A stretch of DNA of 64,000 nt from an uncultured bacterium (GTDB lineage Bacteria; Fidelibacterota; Marinisomatia; Marinisomatales; UBA1611), in assembly GCA_943788175.1 (NCBI GenBank), contig CALSPG010000001.1, forward strand, positions 351,775-415,774, read 5' to 3'. Of this stretch, positions 20,168-31,600 are shown piece by piece. The notes under the pieces are model-generated. The model made no database searches. It saw nothing but the letters and a program-made list of their open reading frames with translations, and was not told where the DNA came from. A program made the translations under genes and the position numbers. Each line of letters starts with the position of its first letter. The first letter of the stretch is position 1.

Positions 20168-21289
20168 ACTATTTAACTAAAAAGTATACAAGCCTAGCAT
20201 CACTTCTTTTAATAACTCTAATTACAACTTCGTGCTCAAGGTTGTATTTTGGTCCAAATAATCCTGCAAAATTTTCTACGAGCCAGCCCAATGAGCTTGG
20301 TCCAATCGTTAGTGTTTGGGAAGATGGTATGCGTACGACCGGACAACGAAATGAATTTGAGTGGTGGTACTTTGACGGAAAACTAGAAGACGGGTCAATA
20401 CTAGTTGCTTATTTTTGGAAAGTTCATTTTATTGCAGATCAATATTTCATCGGGTTTAACTATCGAGATCCTCAAGGAAATGACTTTTTCAAAATGAAAT
20501 ATTTTAAGAAAAAAAACGTGAAATTTTCACCTGATAGTTGCGATGTCGTTTTTGGTGAAAACCATTTTAAAGGCAATTTAGAATCATACAGTATTAAAAT
20601 AAATCCGGATGATTTTGATGGAATTGGTTTTGATTTAAAACTCTCATCAAAACTAAAACCATATAGGCCGCAAGATGGAATAATTAAAGCAGGTGATGAT
20701 TACTTTGCATGGCTTGCTGCTGTACCAAATGGTTCTATTGATGGTGATTTAGTTGTAACCGGCCAAAAGACTTCAATAACTGGCAGTGGATATCACGATC
20801 ATAATTGGGGCAATACACCGTTTGCAACACCTTTTTGATAATTGGGTATGGTTTAGAGGTGAAATTGAAGATAAAACCGTTGTAGCAGCTGTATTATACA
20901 TGACAGATAAACGTGGCGGTTATGATGTTCCAATTTTGTATGTAGCTGATAGTGATAGTGTTCATATCAATCGCTTCGGTGAATCCGGTTTGTATTCAAA
21001 AAAATCCGCTCGAATAGAAGGTCTTTACAATAAAAAAAACGAACCCTTGTTTAATGCGCTCGATATGATAACAGAAAATGGTTACAAGGTTAACATAAAA
21101 GGAAAAAGTGTTCTTGATAACTCTGCCCTTTTTAAAAGAATGGGAATGCCCTTGCCTCTGCGCTTAGCGATGAATGCCGCAAAAATCGACCCATTTTACA
21201 CTCGTTTTGATAGTGATATGACGCTAAAAATAAAAGACGAAGAACCATTAAATGGGTTTGGCGTCTTTGAGATCATGGACTTAAAATGA
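20164..21289 (+). CDS. CrtC/AttH-like lipocalin-fold lipoprotein (frameshift near 20820)
   Basis: Lipobox TTSC; EWWYFDG, FAWLAAVP.G, GSGYHDHNWG, then W.WFRG in the second frame. Confidence 0.75.
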
Positions 21290-22171
21290 TTACCCCTGCT
21301 TTATGTTTTCAACATGTAACTAAAAGTTTTGAGAATATAGTTGCGCTCGATAGTATTTCCATTAATGTTCCGCCCAACTCCATTTTTGGTTTGCTTGGAC
21401 CTAATGGTAGTGGGAAATCAACCCTAATGAGAATACTTTCAGGTCTGATTAAGACATGGGATGGAAATATAAGCATATCCGGCGAAGATTATTCCTCTAG
21501 CACACAAGGTTACATAAATAAACTTGGCTTTCTTATTGAAGCACCTTCTTTTTATGAATATCTTTCTGCTATTGAAAATTTGAAAATTCTTTCGAGGTTA
21601 ACAAACCTTAATAACGATAAAATTGAAGAAGCGTTAGATGTAGTTAATCTAACTGATAGATCATACGATAAGGTCAAAACATTTAGCTATGGAATGAAAC
21701 AAAGATTAGGGTTGGCACAGTGCCTGCTTCATGACCCTGAAATGCTTATACTTGATGAACCCAACAATGGATTAGATCCATCAGGGATTAGAGAAATGAG
21801 TAAGATTATTAACAACCTTCACAAAAATGGGGAAAACCATCTGTGTCAGTACCCATATTTTAAGCGAAGTTGATACACTATGTACACATGCGGCCGTTCT
21901 TAAAAAAGGAAAACACATTGCTACGGTAAAACTAGATGATGACTATCATGCAGATACTACTTATTTACTAAATGTAGACAATGCCTCTAGCAGTTTCAAG
22001 TTACTTAGTACAGATAAAAATTTCGACTTGAAATTCGTTGATGACAATAGTTTGATAGTAAAAACCAGAGTACAAGATGCCGTTAAAGTAATTAGGGAAA
22101 AAATATCAGAAACAAATACAGTTCACTCTCTGTCCAAACAATCTAATTTGATAGTGTATTTTGATGATTAA
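21286..22171 (+). CDS. ABC-2 type transporter ATP-binding protein (frameshift near 21830)
   Basis: GPNGSGKST, FSYGMKQRLG, ILDEPNNGLDP; H-loop GKTICVSTHIL in the second frame. Confidence 0.9.
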
Positions 22172-23003
22172 AAATTTACTTATTAATGAATTCATAAAGG
22201 TCTCATACAAAAAAAGGACTTACATAAGCTTCGCTTTAATTACTGTTCTCATTCCCTTTATTGTACTTGCGGTAAAAAGTGGTGGTGGATCTCTTGAAAG
22301 CAAATTATATGGCCAACTTGCTGATTCATTCATTTTTGTTGGTAGCCTAGTAAATGGGAATCTATCCGCTTACATTATTATCGCAATCTTAATAAGCCAT
22401 ATGCCTTTTTTGAGCACTATAGTTGCCTCAGAGATTGTATCTGGCGAATACTCCAAAGGTACATTTAGAATGTATCTTACGAGACCTGTAAGCAGAAACC
22501 TTGTTCTGTTTTCTAAACTAATTATTGTTCTCGGCTATACAACATTAATGATGTTCTATTTTGTGATGTACACTCTACTTGTAAGTAGGTTGATCATTGG
22601 TAACGGTGACCTAGTCGTTTTTCATGAAGGATTATTGGTGCTTGATGCTTACGACACGGTTTGGAGGTTTTTTCTTAGTTTTTGGTTATCTAATATTTTA
22701 ATGCTGACTGTGACCTGCTTGTGCTTTATGATTAGCACTTTATCAAAAAATAGCGTCACACCAATTATCGTAACCATTTCAATCGTTTTTGTAGGGACAG
22801 CAGTTGCTTTTATCCCAATTGAGTTTTTTGAGCTTTTAAACCCCTACTTATTTACCGGTTATATTGATCTTTTTTTAACAGCATTTCATGATCCACTACC
22901 CAAACACTTATTTATTCAAGAAGCTATTGTTTGTGGTATATGGTCAACAGTGTTTATTGTAACATCATTTTACTATTTTAATAGATGCGACATATTAGAC
23001 TAA
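22161..23003 (+). CDS. ABC-2 family permease
   Basis: NEFIK start, IVSGEYSKGTFRMYLTRPVSR...SKL motif, about 6 TM. Confidence 0.88.
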   Translation: MMIKNLLINEFIKVSYKKRTYISFALITVLIPFIVLAVKSGGGSLESKLYGQLADSFIFVGSLVNGNLSAYIIIAILISHMPFLSTIVASEIVSGEYSKGTFRMYLTRPVSRNLVLFSKLIIVLGYTTLMMFYFVMYTLLVSRLIIGNGDLVVFHEGLLVLDAYDTVWRFFLSFWLSNILMLTVTCLCFMISTLSKNSVTPIIVTISIVFVGTAVAFIPIEFFELLNPYLFTGYIDLFLTAFHDPLPKHLFIQEAIVCGIWSTVFIVTSFYYFNRCDILD

Positions 23004-23716
23004 TTATATACCTAGTATTACTAGGTTTTCTATCCTCCTCAAGAGCATATACGAGAAGCGTAGATCAAATTATTAAGAAAACTCAGGATCAATTTGAGAT
23101 GGCTGATAATTACCAGGTCACTATGAAAATCCAACTCAAAGTTCCTGGTTTTCGTATGCCAAAGAAAAAATATAAAGTTTTTTTTAAACAGCCTAATAAA
23201 CTCAAAATTAAATCTCGCGGATTTGGAATGCTGCCAAAAACAGGTATTTTTACTTCTCCGCAAGATAATTTTGATAATTTGAAAAATATGCGCTTTCTTA
23301 GCAGCAGAAATAGTGAGGGTAAAATATTTATCAAAGGTGATGTTATTATCGATAGCTTAAAACTAAAGATGCCAAATGATTATGCTAAATTAGGTTTTAA
23401 ACCAAGTGTAACCGTAAAAATAGATACAAATAAATGGGTCATAGACAACATCATAACAGAGCTAGATACTCTTAAACTTGTTGAGATTACAAATGAATAC
23501 AAAATTATAGATAAAAAATTCATAATGCCCTCTGCTTCTACTGTTCAGTATTTTATAAAGGATGCAAAACTATCTGGCTGGCTTAAAAAAGACATTACAA
23601 GTATTGTTGGCCAGAACCCACTTGAAAAATCTAATGATATGGTTGAAGGAAAAATATCTATTATATACGAAGATTATATAATAAATAAAGGCATCAAAGA
23701 TAAAATTTTTGACTAG
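22985..23716 (+). CDS. LolA-like periplasmic carrier protein
   Basis: Signal peptide; KVFFKQPNKLKI and IINKGIKDKIF LolA-fold motifs. Confidence 0.6.
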   Translation: MRHIRLIIYLVLLGFLSSSRAYTRSVDQIIKKTQDQFEMADNYQVTMKIQLKVPGFRMPKKKYKVFFKQPNKLKIKSRGFGMLPKTGIFTSPQDNFDNLKNMRFLSSRNSEGKIFIKGDVIIDSLKLKMPNDYAKLGFKPSVTVKIDTNKWVIDNIITELDTLKLVEITNEYKIIDKKFIMPSASTVQYFIKDAKLSGWLKKDITSIVGQNPLEKSNDMVEGKISIIYEDYIINKGIKDKIFD

Positions 23717-23720
23717 TTAC

Positions 23721-25058
23721 TCAGAAAGTAAAATTAATAGAGACACCAGGGGCTAAAGTTTTATTTTGAGCTAGTAGTGTTGGGTTAATTGTAAGTGCCA
23801 TATCGTTTTTAATAAAACTGTTTCTACTTGATACATCAGAACTTATATTTTTTCTAGAGAAGTACCACCCTGCAGTAATACTGGCTACATCCAAAAACCT
23901 AGATGACCGTTCACCATAATCTATTCCGGTTATCAATGCCGTACCAACCCAAGCAAGATATGCAGACCCTGCTCCCAGCCCAACAATTTTCTCTTGCCCT
24001 TGCGTAAGACTTCCGTACTTTTTATTTAATCTATCAGCTAAATATAAAAACCCATTTATTCCAACCATTGTAAGCATTGTTTGATCTTTGTAATGATTGA
24101 TTTCCACGGCATAACCTAAAAGCAAACTATTCATATAGCCTAAACCCATCGATAAATTTAAAAATGCTACATCACCCTCTGTAATTGATAAATTATTAAG
24201 AGCTATATTTTTTGCCATCTTACCACCAGCCAAGGCACCAGCATAAACTAAAGACGTTGTCCATCGAGCAAAGTTCTCAGGGTTTTTTTGAGACCAATCA
24301 GCCCAATCAGTTTGCTGAATTACGCCAATGGTGTTTAATGCTCCCAGGTTGATACCCAAAGATATTAAAAACGACTGACCATTAGAGAGTTTCCACGTTG
24401 TATATGTTTTATCTGCTAAGATTGCTCCATAAGGAACAGAGAACATGGTATAGCCAAGTGCTATTTTTCCGTCAGGGTCAAACTCACCCCAATTTTCTAG
24501 CCCGACCATACTGATGATTGGTATAATTGAATAAAAGCCTAAGTTTGCACCAGCAAATTGCAAGTATGAGCGCCCCAGGGGTAAATCCATTGTCCTTGTA
24601 TAACTTGAGCTTAAAGAATAAGATGTAGCAAAAGCTAACAATTTAAAACCTACGTACTGATCTGCTGTCTGATCCCAATTAAAAAGGTAAGGTATTCCTT
24701 CTCCATAAAGGGTATTACCAATACCCATCGCACCGTAGATTGTTCTCCACCTGGCTTCTTGGTTTAGAGGTTTTTTTACAACATTATTTTGGGAAACTAT
24801 ACCGTTATTTTGATTATTTTCAATCGATTTAGTTATTTTCTTATTGTTTATAGAATCAACATCATCAATAGGAATAACCAGTTCACCAAATTCAGTATTA
24901 AGCTTATAAGTAGAATCTGTTTTTGCAATTAGTGAACCCGTAATTTTATTGCCATTTTTAAGGTCAACTATTATTTCCTTTTCTTGAGAAAAAGAAAATG
25001 AAAACAGAAATAATGATATAAATAATGCTGTACGTCTTTTATAATTATTACTAATCAT
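23721..25058 (-). CDS. Hypothetical Gly-rich membrane protein
   Basis: N-terminal LKNGNKITG small beta domain; repeated LS.G(Q/D) helical hairpins; terminal Phe. Confidence 0.65.
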   Translation of the reverse strand: MISNNYKRRTALFISLFLFSFSFSQEKEIIVDLKNGNKITGSLIAKTDSTYKLNTEFGELVIPIDDVDSINNKKITKSIENNQNNGIVSQNNVVKKPLNQEARWRTIYGAMGIGNTLYGEGIPYLFNWDQTADQYVGFKLLAFATSYSLSSSYTRTMDLPLGRSYLQFAGANLGFYSIIPIISMVGLENWGEFDPDGKIALGYTMFSVPYGAILADKTYTTWKLSNGQSFLISLGINLGALNTIGVIQQTDWADWSQKNPENFARWTTSLVYAGALAGGKMAKNIALNNLSITEGDVAFLNLSMGLGYMNSLLLGYAVEINHYKDQTMLTMVGINGFLYLADRLNKKYGSLTQGQEKIVGLGAGSAYLAWVGTALITGIDYGERSSRFLDVASITAGWYFSRKNISSDVSSRNSFIKNDMALTINPTLLAQNKTLAPGVSINFTF

Positions 25059-25129
25059 ATATTAATCTAGAAACATTAAATTTAAATTCTATACAACAAT
25101 TAGGACCAAGCTTTAAAAATACTTAAAAA

Positions 25130-27067
25130 ATGAACAAAATTCTTTGGAACCCGAATCTGGATAGTAAAAATAACCTTGAAGAGTTTAAGTACCTAATTAA
25201 CAGTAAATACGCTCTTAGCTTGGACAGTTACCAAGAACTTTATGAGTGGTCTGTAAAGAACATTCCTGATTTTTGGAATAATGTCATTACCTATTCAGAT
25301 ATCCAATATAGCGGGGACTCAACAACCGTATTAGAAGATTTAGCCATGAAACCCGCTGCTAATTGGTTTCCTAATATTTCACTTAATTTTGCAGAAAATT
25401 TATTAAATGAAAGAAGCGATCATCTAGCAATCATATCAAAAAGTGAAAACTCTGATTTAATCAAAATCACTTATAATGAGCTTTATCTTAAAGTTGCCAA
25501 ATTAGCTAATTCATTAAAAAAACTTGGTATTAAACCAGGTGATAGGGTTGCTGCTATTCTTCCAAATTCGCACGATGCAGTTATTGCAATGCTTGCTACC
25601 ACTTCCATTGGAGCAATCTGGAGCTCATGTTCTCCTGATTTTGGAATCGCATCAGTAACAGACAGGTTTAAACAAATAGAACCTAAAATTATATTTTCTA
25701 TCCATTCATATTATTATAATGGAAAATTATTTGATTTTCGAAAAAAATTAAATTCAATTGTTCAAAATCTATCTTCTTTAGAAAAAATAATTATCTCAAA
25801 ACCTGCTGAAGAAGAATCGAATAAAAATGAAAATTTTTTAAACTTATTAGATTTATTAGATAACAATTGCGATGAGATACAATTCGAAAGGTTTCCTTTT
25901 AATCACCCTGCCTTCATTTTATATACCTCAGGAACTACTGGTTTACCAAAGTCAATCGTACACGGTGCAGGTGGAACATTATTGCAACATAAAAAGGAGC
26001 TACTTCTACATTGTAATGCATCCAAGGATGACATTGTATTTTACTATACAACGTGTGGATGGATGATGTGGAATTGGCAAGTAAGCTTTTTATCCACAGG
26101 TTCAACAATTGTTCTTTATGACGGTTCACCTTTTTTTCCTGATCCAACAGCGATGTGGAATCTCATTGATGAGCTAGATATAACAATTTTTGGCACTAGC
26201 GCGAAATTTATTGATGCATGCAAAGCACACGACCTTTCCCCTAATGGTTTTGCAAAGTTAGATTCTTTAAAGCAAATACTATCGACTGGGTCTCCGCTCG
26301 TTCCTGAAAGTTTTGATTATGTGTACGAAAAAGTAAAAAAAGATATTATACTTGGTTCTATATCTGGTGGAACTGATATTATTTCTTGCTTCGCTTTAAA
26401 TAGTCCTTCTGTTCCTGTATATCGAGGAGAATTACAATGTCGAGGGTTGGGTATGGACGTTGATGCTTTCGATGATAACGGGAACTCTGTTCAAAATAAA
26501 AAAGGTGAACTTGTTTGCAAATCCCCTTTCCCATCCATGCCAATATCTTTTTGGAATGATGAAAATGGAGAAAAATATTATAATGCATATTTTAATAAAT
26601 TTAAAAACGTTTGGGCTCATGGAGATTTTATTGAAATCAATGATCACGGTGGTGTAGTAATCTATGGACGAAGCGATGCAACGCTTAATCCAGGCGGAGT
26701 AAGAATTGGCACATCGGAATTATACAGGGTTGTAGAATCATTTTTTGAAGTAGAGGATAGCTTAGTTATTGCTCAAGAGTGGGAAAATGATCAACGAATA
26801 ATATTATTTTTAAAACTTAAAGAACCTCATGCCTTTTCAGAAAAATTCGTTGACACCATTAAGAAGACTATTAGAACCTCCCTCTCTCCAAGACATGTAC
26901 CTTCAATCATACTTCAGATAGAAGATATCCCGTATACAATCAGCGGAAAAAAAGTTGAGCTTGCTGTTAAAAAGATTATTGAAGGTAAAGAAGTTGTAAA
27001 TCAAGATGCTCTTAGCAACCCTGAATCGCTTGACTTTTATAGATCTATTCCAGAACTATCCTCATAA
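25130..27067 (+). CDS. Acetoacetate--CoA ligase
   Basis: LNFAENLL, WSSCSPDFG, YTSGTTGLPKSIVHGAGG, YTTCGWMMWNW, SISGGTDI, GRSDATLNPGGVRIG, SGKKVE. Confidence 0.93.
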   Translation: MNKILWNPNLDSKNNLEEFKYLINSKYALSLDSYQELYEWSVKNIPDFWNNVITYSDIQYSGDSTTVLEDLAMKPAANWFPNISLNFAENLLNERSDHLAIISKSENSDLIKITYNELYLKVAKLANSLKKLGIKPGDRVAAILPNSHDAVIAMLATTSIGAIWSSCSPDFGIASVTDRFKQIEPKIIFSIHSYYYNGKLFDFRKKLNSIVQNLSSLEKIIISKPAEEESNKNENFLNLLDLLDNNCDEIQFERFPFNHPAFILYTSGTTGLPKSIVHGAGGTLLQHKKELLLHCNASKDDIVFYYTTCGWMMWNWQVSFLSTGSTIVLYDGSPFFPDPTAMWNLIDELDITIFGTSAKFIDACKAHDLSPNGFAKLDSLKQILSTGSPLVPESFDYVYEKVKKDIILGSISGGTDIISCFALNSPSVPVYRGELQCRGLGMDVDAFDDNGNSVQNKKGELVCKSPFPSMPISFWNDENGEKYYNAYFNKFKNVWAHGDFIEINDHGGVVIYGRSDATLNPGGVRIGTSELYRVVESFFEVEDSLVIAQEWENDQRIILFLKLKEPHAFSEKFVDTIKKTIRTSLSPRHVPSIILQIEDIPYTISGKKVELAVKKIIEGKEVVNQDALSNPESLDFYRSIPELSS

Positions 27068-27798
27068 TGAAAGACATCTATCTATATCCTGATCTCTATG
27101 ATGCCCTTCATCACAACATAGAGACAGACAAAAATGTTATTACCCACTATGCAAAAAAATGTAATGGCCCTGTTTTAGAGTTAGCCTCTGGCACAGGAAG
27201 ATTATCAAAATACATTACAGATCTAGGACTGCCATACACGGGTATAGACAACAGCCAATCATTTCTAGATGTCTCCATCGAGAATCTAGGTAGCAGTGGA
27301 ACATTCTTACTTCGTGACATGCGTGATTTTCATCTAAATAAAAAATTTAATTTTATATTTATCGGTTTCAATTCGTTCTTGCACAACTTAACAGATAAAG
27401 ACGCAGTAAGCTGCCTTACATCAATTAAGACTCACTTGAATGATGGCGGATTATTCTTGCTATCTATTTTTCAACCTGACCACAGTTTTCTTTACAGAGA
27501 TGAATATCTTTATGAAGCTAGAACCTTTTTTGATTATCATGGTAAACAATGCAGGATGATGGAGAGAAACTCATTTGATGATGAAACGCAAATTAACAGC
27601 TTAACATGGCAGCTGGAGATTGATGGGGATCTTTCAGATGAATCGTACTCCTTTAAGCAGAGAATGTACTACCCGCATAAGATGGACTTATTATTTCAGG
27701 GAACAGGATTCTCAATTCAAGAAAAGTTTGGTGACTGGAATATGAACCCCTTAGGAGAGGAAAGCCCACTGCAGATCTACATCTGCAAATGTGAGTAG
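27067..27798 (+). CDS. Class I SAM-dependent methyltransferase
   Basis: VLELASGTGR, GID.S, DMRDF motifs; overlaps the ligase stop. Confidence 0.88.
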   Translation: MKDIYLYPDLYDALHHNIETDKNVITHYAKKCNGPVLELASGTGRLSKYITDLGLPYTGIDNSQSFLDVSIENLGSSGTFLLRDMRDFHLNKKFNFIFIGFNSFLHNLTDKDAVSCLTSIKTHLNDGGLFLLSIFQPDHSFLYRDEYLYEARTFFDYHGKQCRMMERNSFDDETQINSLTWQLEIDGDLSDESYSFKQRMYYPHKMDLLFQGTGFSIQEKFGDWNMNPLGEESPLQIYICKCE

Positions 27799-27801
27799 AT
27801 A

Positions 27802-28632
27802 TTAACCTTTTTTAATAGGTTCTCTATAGGTCTGAAATGGTATCAACAACAGGTTTTTCAGACTAGTGTGGTCTTTTTTATCCATATGAGTGTCTAAACC
27901 ATATACCAAAGATGTCACATCTTCTTCATATACCGCAGTGCCAAAAATATGATCCCAAAAAGAGAAAATATTACCATAGTTTGTATCTGTATATGGCTGA
28001 ACGTAATGGTGGTGAACTTTATGAAAGTGCGGTGTGACGAATACATATGATAAAAGCTTATCTACCCCTCTTGGCATTTGTATGTTAGCATGAGTTAAGT
28101 GTGCAAAAAAAGCAGAGATAGTCTGATAAAACATAACAAGTCCAAACGCTGGACCAACAACAAGAACAGCAAGTGTTGTAAAAGCCAATCGAAGAATATT
28201 CTCACCTGGATGATGCCTCAATCCGCTAGTAACATCAACATTTGTATCAGAGTGATGGATAATATGAAATCTCCACATCCACCTTACCTTGTGTTCAAGA
28301 AAGTGAATCAACCAAGCTCCAATTAGATCCATTAAGGCAAGTCCAATAATAACATACAGCAAAACGGGAAGATCGATCATATGTAATATTCCAAATTGAT
28401 TACGTTGAGTATAGTCAACGGCAGCGACGATCAACGCAGCACCAAAAAGATTAATAACCAGTGTTATGAGTGTAAAGGTGATGTTAATAGCGGCGTGTTT
28501 TCTTTTATGATAATTAAATCGAAATAAAGGAGATAGGGCCTCTATAATTAAAAAAAACGATAACCCTGAAACTAAAAATAGAGTTCTTACACTAGTAGGT
28601 ATATTTTCAAAATAGGTTAAAACTTCTTGCAT
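27802..28632 (-). CDS. Sterol desaturase / fatty acid hydroxylase family protein
   Basis: His boxes HFLEH, WRFHIIHHSD, RHHP, HAN, HKVHH, NYGNIFSFWD. Confidence 0.9.
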   Translation of the reverse strand: MQEVLTYFENIPTSVRTLFLVSGLSFFLIIEALSPLFRFNYHKRKHAAINITFTLITLVINLFGAALIVAAVDYTQRNQFGILHMIDLPVLLYVIIGLALMDLIGAWLIHFLEHKVRWMWRFHIIHHSDTNVDVTSGLRHHPGENILRLAFTTLAVLVVGPAFGLVMFYQTISAFFAHLTHANIQMPRGVDKLLSYVFVTPHFHKVHHHYVQPYTDTNYGNIFSFWDHIFGTAVYEEDVTSLVYGLDTHMDKKDHTSLKNLLLIPFQTYREPIKKG

Positions 28633-28648
28633 TTGATAATACTCTAAA

Positions 28649-31600
28649 TTATTTCAAAAGAACCATTTTTTTCATTTGATTATACGTCCCAGCGCGAATA
28701 GTATAAATGTACATTCCTGCACCAACCGGTAATCCCTTATCATTGGTTGCATTCCATACGGTTGTATGATATCCAGCTGAGATATTGCCCTGGATTAATG
28801 TTCTTACTTTCCTTCCCATCATATCATAAACGCTAATTGTCACCATCGACTGCTCAGGGATTGCATAGCGTATCTGCGTGCTAGGGTTAAATGGATTGGG
28901 ATAATTCTGTTCCAATGCAAACACAGTAGGTACAGTCACCTGTTCAGATGATGAGAGAACTGCTGCTGCGATATCGGAAGCATCGCTCTCATTACCAGCA
29001 CTATCAACCGCTGTAATCCAGTATTCATATAATCCTTGAGTACCTTCATGGTCAACATAAAAAGAGTCTGTTGTGGTAAAGACCATCGCAAGATCAGCAC
29101 TGTTAAGATCGTTTTTGTAAATATTATGATAACTAAAATCCTCATCTACCTGCGTGTTCCATTGTAATACAACGCTAGAACCGCTCTCAAGCGCAGTTAA
29201 TCCTTGAGGCACTGTTGGGTGTAGATTGTCAACAGAAAAGCCTGTCACAGGTTCAGAGACATGGTATAGTGCTACATCTTCAGTATGAGCTGTTACTCTA
29301 AACGTACTATGGTGAACGCCATGAGTAGTAGAGTCTCCAAGTGTTGGAACGACAAGACTGTACTCATCCTCCGTACCAATCCAAGGTACTGTCGCAATAA
29401 AATCCCAGAGATCTGATGTGTCAGCTTGGAACTCTACTGGAGAATGGTACCAAGAAAAACCACCTCCGCTATTATTACCAAAGTAGCTTGTAAAAGTAAC
29501 ATCATAGTATTCATCACTATCTATTAGATAAAGAGAAAATACCGGAGTACCGGCAAGTTGCTGGACTAGTGTTTGATTTACATTATATCCCGATTGCAAT
29601 ATCGCAGCATTTAATGACGTATATGCTAGATCTGAATGGCTTTCATCTAAAGTAGCGCCCCATCTCCAACTTGTTCCAGATGGTCCATTCGGATCGTAAC
29701 TATCTTGTGAGAAAATATTAAAGATGCCCTGATTACTAGCCCTAGTTAGCCAGACCGTTTCTGAAATACGGTCTTGATTTTCTTCTAAAGTCCAGTCTGC
29801 GTTATTCTCTTTGGTAAAATATACAATGTCTGGTTCTGGATTTACTTTTCTCCATGCAGAAAACTGAGTAAATAGTAATGATGGATCTACCTGACCAGGC
29901 TTCCATACGATTTGCATCTGCTTACCCTGGTCATTTGCTACGTCTCTTAAACTTAATATCTCCGGACGGTGGTCTGCGATATAAACTGTAAACTGCTCAC
30001 TTACAACATACTCACTATCCGATACACTCAAGGTAAATACATACTCCCCATCTTGCTCTGGCTGACCTACGATCTTCGATCCATCTAATGATATCCACGA
30101 AGGTGTTCCTTCAAGGGTAAAAAAGATATCAGAGTCTATATCATCTGCATAGATCCAGTGCTCTAGTCCTGATGTAATGTCCCCCATAGCGTGGAAATGA
30201 TCCATCGTAAAAAATGGAGCATCATTCACAGCAATGACATCAATAGTAAACTCCTCTACATCAGACGCTCTGCTCATATTATCATTAGCAACAACAACGA
30301 TCTCTGCTGTTCCATTCCAATCAGCATCTGGAGTGATATAAAGAAGTGTATCGTCTACAAAAGCAGATACTCTGTCCTGGGAGCTATAGGCATAAACACT
30401 TAGTTCAGCATTATCAATGTCACTAGCAAATACGGCAAGAACCAGTGTCGAGTCTTCAGACATCGATGTATCTGCAAAAGCAGATAACACCGGAGCATCA
30501 TTCATCGGCTCTACAAAAAGATGTATCATCGCAGTATCAGATAGAAAATCAGCTGCGCCATCAGTGGTGCCATTATCTGTTACAGAAAATAGAAAACTAT
30601 CTGCACCAAAAAAGTTCACATCAGGCGTGTAAGTAAACTCTCCGGAGGTATCAATTACGCTTAGAGTGCCGTTCGACGTGCTTAAAGTAATACTATAGCT
30701 TAAATCTTGCATCTCTTGCTGTGTAGGGGAATAATCTCCGTCTTCAGCATGTAGTTCTCCATGAAGCGTATCATCCTCTGCTATCATAAAATGATCACCT
30801 ATTGCTACTGGTTTATCATTCACTTCGGTCACTTCTATGGTAACCATAGCGGGTTCACTGTAGGCTTCACCATCATAGGCTACATACTTAAACGAGTCTA
30901 AACCAAAAAAATTATTGTAAGGGGAATATGTAACGGTAGAATCTGTTATGAAAACGACCTCCCCATGAAATGGACCATCTAAGATCGTATAGCTGATAGT
31001 GTCATTATCAGCGTCCTGTGAAATAAGATCAATATTTACTGGCACATCCTCAACGGATGAAGATGAAAATGAATTTGCCACTGGAGGTTGATTTTGATTT
31101 GACTCACCCCCCGCTAACCAGTAAACCATCTGCTCTAATAACTGATCCTCCACGCCGGAACGCATGCCGCTAGTAACATAACTAGTGCTAGCAATGTACA
31201 AACCACCTAAATATCCGGTCCTACCATTACTGCCATGATCATGAACGATTATAGGATAAGCATCATCAATATTATTAAAACCACCTAGCTTTTCGGCACC
31301 TGGATCAATAGATGTTGCATATTCAGTATAATTGCAGGTTGGAGTAAAATTTGAGATACCATTGGTCACTGGATGGTCATTTTGAACTATAGAAATTTGC
31401 CCTGGTTGTTGATATTGGTAACCCGGATTCTGCGCGTAAGGAGTAATCGCGGCTAGATCAGCATTGCCAGTATAATATGATTGTGTCTCATAAATAAACC
31501 AGCTTAAAATGAGTATACCGCCACCATTTTGTAAATATGTATTCAAGTTAGGATAAAAATTAGATGACCATGTAGTATATCCTCCATCTCCATGTCCTGA

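Noticed and set aside
8583-22171. Programmed frameshifting or phase variation in rlpA, bolA and the ABC ATPase
   Set aside because: Indels are too widespread across unrelated genes; sequencing error is more parsimonious.
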